Source: a virus (lineage: Duplodnaviria > Caudoviricetes). Taken from it: a stretch of 28,177 nucleotides of DNA. The position numbers and the translations under genes were made by a program. Below are positions 25,125 to 28,177 of this stretch, in pieces. The stretch lies in IMG/VR virus record IMGVR_UViG_3300036982_000164, positions 1-28,177 of that record; one strand, given 5' to 3'. The notes under the pieces are model-generated. The model was not told the origin of the DNA, searched no databases, and saw nothing but the letters and a program-made list of their open reading frames with translations. The stretch's first letter is position 1; every line of letters begins with the position of its first letter.

Positions 25125-25757
25125 CTATATCACATCATCACCTACATATTTCTGACCTTGTGATGAACGATTAAAGACTGGTTGAACTTGTTTGACAAAG
25201 TTGGTAGTAGGTTGTTTCTCTCTCTGTTTCCAAGTAGATAGTCTTCTATGAGTGTCCCAAGCCTTTTCATTAGTCAATCTCATTTTACCATTGGCTAATG
25301 GTTCACTCCAATATGAATAAAAAGCATTGCAGGTGTCTTTGCCAAATTTATCAATCAATGGTTTCATTTGGTTAATAAGGTCTTGATGAGTATAAGACTT
25401 GAATGATGGTGCTTTAGCACTAACAACTTTATCCTTATCTTCATCCTTATCCTTATCCTTATCCTTATAGGCTTCGCTTTCGCTTACAAGTCGCTTCGTG
25501 TTCGCTTCTGATTCGCTTATTGTTTGCTTTAATTTCGGTCTACTTCCATTGATATAGTTAGTATTGCCTTTCTCCAATACTGGTCTTATAAGCCTCCATA
25601 TAGTCAATGATAGACCACTTAATGATGGTTCAACAAAGTCTAATGAGTATTCAAAGATGGCATTGTATAACTCAGCCTGATTGTCTTTAGGTAGTTCTTT
25701 TATTGATTCAAACATTGAACGATAAAAGATGCAAGTATTACGAGAGTCCATGTTCAT
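25125..25757 (-). CDS. Replication initiator (DUF6291-like N-terminus)
   Basis: IFYRS..ESI..L...ELYNAIFEY; KDKDKD linker; FYSYWSE..G.MR...WD..RRL.TW; upstream of dnaB. Confidence 0.8.
   Translation of the reverse strand: MNMDSRNTCIFYRSMFESIKELPKDNQAELYNAIFEYSLDFVEPSLSGLSLTIWRLIRPVLEKGNTNYINGSRPKLKQTISESEANTKRLVSESEAYKDKDKDKDEDKDKVVSAKAPSFKSYTHQDLINQMKPLIDKFGKDTCNAFYSYWSEPLANGKMRLTNEKAWDTHRRLSTWKQREKQPTTNFVKQVQPVFNRSSQGQKYVGDDVI
25429..25529. repeat. Probable replication origin: phased iterons plus (TTATCC)n tract
   Basis: TCGCTT at 25480, 25491, 25502, 25513 and TTGCTT at 25524 (11-bp period), an extra copy at 25474; TTATCC repeats at 25429-25468. Confidence 0.7.
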
Positions 25758-26067
25758 TTTCTAATTTTTTTACCCATTCATTAATGTCTTGCAAATCATT
25801 AAATTCATCTAATGATTCTTCTATCTCTTCACCACTATGATGGTTTGTCCACAATACATAAACGTCCTCTCTTTTCAAATCACAATTGATAGGAAGATAA
25901 AGAGTAAAGTCATAATCTTCCAGCCATAAATAGGTGTATCCACTATTTTGGTTTACATCCAATTCACCATAGCAATGAATATCCATTTCTAAATCCTTTG
26001 CCATTAAGATTAGGAAAGTTGCTTTTTGAACTTCCCACTTAGTCATTTTTTCAAGATTTGTTGTCAT
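25738..26067 (-). CDS. Hypothetical acidic protein
   Basis: 109 aa; NQNSGYTYLWLED. Confidence 0.7.
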   Translation of the reverse strand: MTTNLEKMTKWEVQKATFLILMAKDLEMDIHCYGELDVNQNSGYTYLWLEDYDFTLYLPINCDLKREDVYVLWTNHHSGEEIEESLDEFNDLQDINEWVKKLENEHGLS

Positions 26068-26080
26068 AATTTTTAGAATT

Positions 26081-26191
26081 AAAAAGCCCTATGAAGACTG
26101 CGGTAGTAGCGACCTTGAATTATTCTCGGTCTCGCAGTCACCATAGGGCGACAATTTTTTTTAATCCATTCAGGCTACTACCTCTGAATGG
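26081..26191 (-). ncRNA. Structured leader/attenuator with loop-bulge pseudoknot
   Basis: Hairpin CCAUUCAG/CUGAAUGG with loop GGUAGUAGC; second long hairpin GCCCUAUG..GACUGCG/CGCAGUC..CAUAGGGC + U5 with bulge GCUACUAC; TATCTTTA at 26201-26194. Confidence 0.75.
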
Positions 26192-26206
26192 TGTAAAGAT
26201 AAAAAA

Positions 26207-26590
26207 TTATTCTTGATTAATATAACTCTCAATCACTTTTATTGTTTCATCTACTCCAGTTGAAAACAATGCAGCATAACCTACTTCATTTAACATCTTC
26301 AATACTTCTGCTTGTCTTTCTGTATGCTCATTAGCTTTCAATGTACCATCTTTCTTAAATGGGTTAGCCTTGTCAGTTTTAATCTCAATGAATAGACCAG
26401 CAAAGTTACCACGTGGTAATGCAATAAATAAGTCAGGGTAACCTTTGATTGGATTCTGTGACCTATGCTTATTTGCCATATAAGGGCTGAGGTACATACC
26501 AGCAGCAAAGTCAAATCTGAATATTAACTTAGGGTACTTAATGCTTAGATACCTTGCTATTACCTTGTAAATCTCTGCTTCGTGATTCAT
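26207..26590 (-). CDS. VRR-NUC domain nuclease (Holliday junction resolvase-like)
   Basis: EA.I, GYPDL, LFIEIK, Q..V...L...GY. Confidence 0.85.
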   Translation of the reverse strand: MNHEAEIYKVIARYLSIKYPKLIFRFDFAAGMYLSPYMANKHRSQNPIKGYPDLFIALPRGNFAGLFIEIKTDKANPFKKDGTLKANEHTERQAEVLKMLNEVGYAALFSTGVDETIKVIESYINQE

Positions 26591-26975
26591 TTAGAAAGAG
26601 TTTATAGTTATGGATTAGTTGACTTCTTGAATTGTTTGCAAGATACAGATAGTAGTTCAATTCGTATACTGGTTGCCACTCATAACGATATGACTTAGGG
26701 TAGAGCCTTTCTATTTCTTTCTCACTATACATCACTTCAATCTTAGGTGCTTGGTCTTTAATGTCTACACCAGTCATTAGTGACATTCTTTGCTGAATAA
26801 GTAGAGTCAACTTATTGTGGCTCAAATCAAGGTAGTTTGCAATCTGTGATGATGATAGGTCACCACCACATAAAAACCATCTATTGACTGCTATTGAATA
26901 CCTTTCATCAATCTCTTTGAACTTGTTAGACTTGTTGGTTAAGTATTCGATGTGTTGAATTATATCAGCCTTCAT
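26538..26975 (-). CDS. Hypothetical protein, possible HTH
   Basis: Likely start MKADII at 26975; LSSSQIANYLDLSH. Confidence 0.55.
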   Translation of the reverse strand: MKADIIQHIEYLTNKSNKFKEIDERYSIAVNRWFLCGGDLSSSQIANYLDLSHNKLTLLIQQRMSLMTGVDIKDQAPKIEVMYSEKEIERLYPKSYRYEWQPVYELNYYLYLANNSRSQLIHNYKLFLNESRSRDLQGNSKVSKH

Positions 26976-27192
26976 ATGATTGTTTATAATAATTTTCTGA
27001 ATCTGAAAACCTACCAATTGAACATTCGTTGTATCCTTTTTTGTATGCCTCTATAATCTGCATCTTTTCAATTTCAATATAAAGGTTTTCAATTATCTCT
27101 ATAACTTCAGGGCATTTCTGCATTAGTGGTTCGTGAGTCTTTAGTAAGTCAACTAACTTCATTACTGATGTTTTCTTATCGTTAAAGTCCAT
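26965..27192 (-). CDS. Hypothetical protein (EKxQIxxAY...YY-type family)
   Basis: KTSV..L...EKMQIIEAY..G...SENYYKQSY. Confidence 0.7.
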   Translation of the reverse strand: MDFNDKKTSVMKLVDLLKTHEPLMQKCPEVIEIIENLYIEIEKMQIIEAYKKGYNECSIGRFSDSENYYKQSYEG

Positions 27193-27195
27193 ATT

Positions 27196-27813
27196 TCAAG
27201 ATTTATAAGATGAATTAAAATTTGATTTGAGTTCATTAATGTTTACATCAAGGTATCCAGTAATGAGTTTGTAGGCATCTGCAATCTCATGGTCATTATG
27301 ACGATATACTAAGATGCTATCAGATGTACTACCACTTCTTTTGCTTCTTGCAGTCACTCCAATGTAGTAGAAATTCTTAGGGTCAATACCAGCTATCAAT
27401 GAATACCATACTGCTTGGATGTGGTTGTAATGCTTGGTCATATCTTGTCCAAATACATCTAAGGTCTTTGCTGATGTTGTTTTGATGTCAGCAATCACAT
27501 TAAGTTGCTGATTGTAGATATCAAACATTGCTTTCCCTTGAATAGTATGTCTGCCAATCTGAACTTCCTTAATCAATGGGTGTTCATTTATTGCACCATT
27601 CATTATTCTCTTTGCTACTGGATGGTTACTTATTGCCTTGTGTACATTGTATGCCTCAATGTTCATCTTTTCAGGTTTCAAATCAAGTAACTGATGGTGC
27701 AAACTAACACCTAACTCTAATGCTACTTTTGCATAGCTGATGTCACCAGTATAGTGTTTCTTGATTCGTGAACAAGATAATGCTGGATAGTATACGAATT
27801 GGTCTCTTGTCAT
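27196..27813 (-). CDS. PD-(D/E)XK exonuclease (RecE/DUF3799-like)
   Basis: LS.S.IK, LG..LH..LL, KA.FD, ADIKTT, Y..Q..WY. Confidence 0.8.
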   Translation of the reverse strand: MTRDQFVYYPALSCSRIKKHYTGDISYAKVALELGVSLHHQLLDLKPEKMNIEAYNVHKAISNHPVAKRIMNGAINEHPLIKEVQIGRHTIQGKAMFDIYNQQLNVIADIKTTSAKTLDVFGQDMTKHYNHIQAVWYSLIAGIDPKNFYYIGVTARSKRSGSTSDSILVYRHNDHEIADAYKLITGYLDVNINELKSNFNSSYKS

Positions 27814-27816
27814 AAC

Positions 27817-28177
27817 TTATCGTATAACTTGGGTCTTATGGTCGTAAATTTCAATACCATCAATCTTAACTACTCCGCACTTTTCCATAGCCTTAGCAAG
27901 TGGTGTTAGCAGTTCTTGGTAGTCTAATACTTCTGCTGCAAATAATACATTAAGTACCATTGACCAATTGACCTCACCACAGATTCTTGCTTTCTTAGTC
28001 ACCCTAATGTTCTTAGGTTGCTCAGTATTGATTGATATTGCTTGGTCAACAAAGTAACCAGCTAAAGTATTAAAGACATCAATGGGTGCATCTTCTAATG
28101 CTTTCTCAGATTCAATTCTTAGTTTCTCATTTGCCTCACGTTGTACCCTTTCTAACTCTTCATTGTAGGCTAACATC
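27817..28177 (-). CDS. Hypothetical protein, probably 5'-truncated
   Basis: Open to the window edge; coiled-coil then KIDGIEIY..K...R. Confidence 0.6.
   Translation of the reverse strand, partial: MLAYNEELERVQREANEKLRIESEKALEDAPIDVFNTLAGYFVDQAISINTEQPKNIRVTKKARICGEVNWSMVLNVLFAAEVLDYQELLTPLAKAMEKCGVVKIDGIEIYDHKTQVIR

Noticed and set aside
25429-25529. Repeats as a CRISPR array
   Set aside because: 6-bp units with 5-bp spacers inside a CDS are iteron-like; there are no cas genes.
26081-26191. tRNA
   Set aside because: No cloverleaf, T-loop or CCA; the structure is two hairpins with a crossing pair.
2025-27690. All plus-strand ORFs in the track (e.g. 2584-2949, 12390-12896, 13104-13619, 14457-14969)
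   Set aside because: Antisense shadows of well-supported minus-strand genes; Ser/Leu/Phe-rich with no motifs.

Overview
A 28.2 kb, AT-rich segment of a tailed (siphovirus-like) dsDNA phage. All credible genes are on the minus strand. Repeated TAnnTTTG-type -7 promoter elements and the tape-measure C-terminus point to a Bacteroidota host. In transcription order (right to left) it holds: a recombination/replication block (RecE-like nuclease, VRR-NUC, initiator with internal iterons, DnaB); accessory genes (PAPS-reductase-like, RHH regulator, RNAP alpha-CTD-like, GP88-like); a ParB-like + glycosyltransferase + TET/JBP dioxygenase DNA-modification cassette leading into terS/terL; an unusually ordered tail module; a GT8-like glycosyltransferase + methyltransferase + 26-aa peptide; then portal, head morphogenesis, scaffold and major capsid (MCP). 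Signals not in the ORF track: (1) a -1 frameshift at the MCP stop that appends a peptide resembling the C-terminus of a tail protein; (2) a shared structured leader before the MCP and tail tube genes; (3) a candidate ~85-nt sRNA with an anti-start-codon seed; (4) a pseudoknotted attenuator-like leader before the replication genes; (5) a gpG/GT-type chaperone frameshift. All calls come from motif reading by eye; no database search was run.
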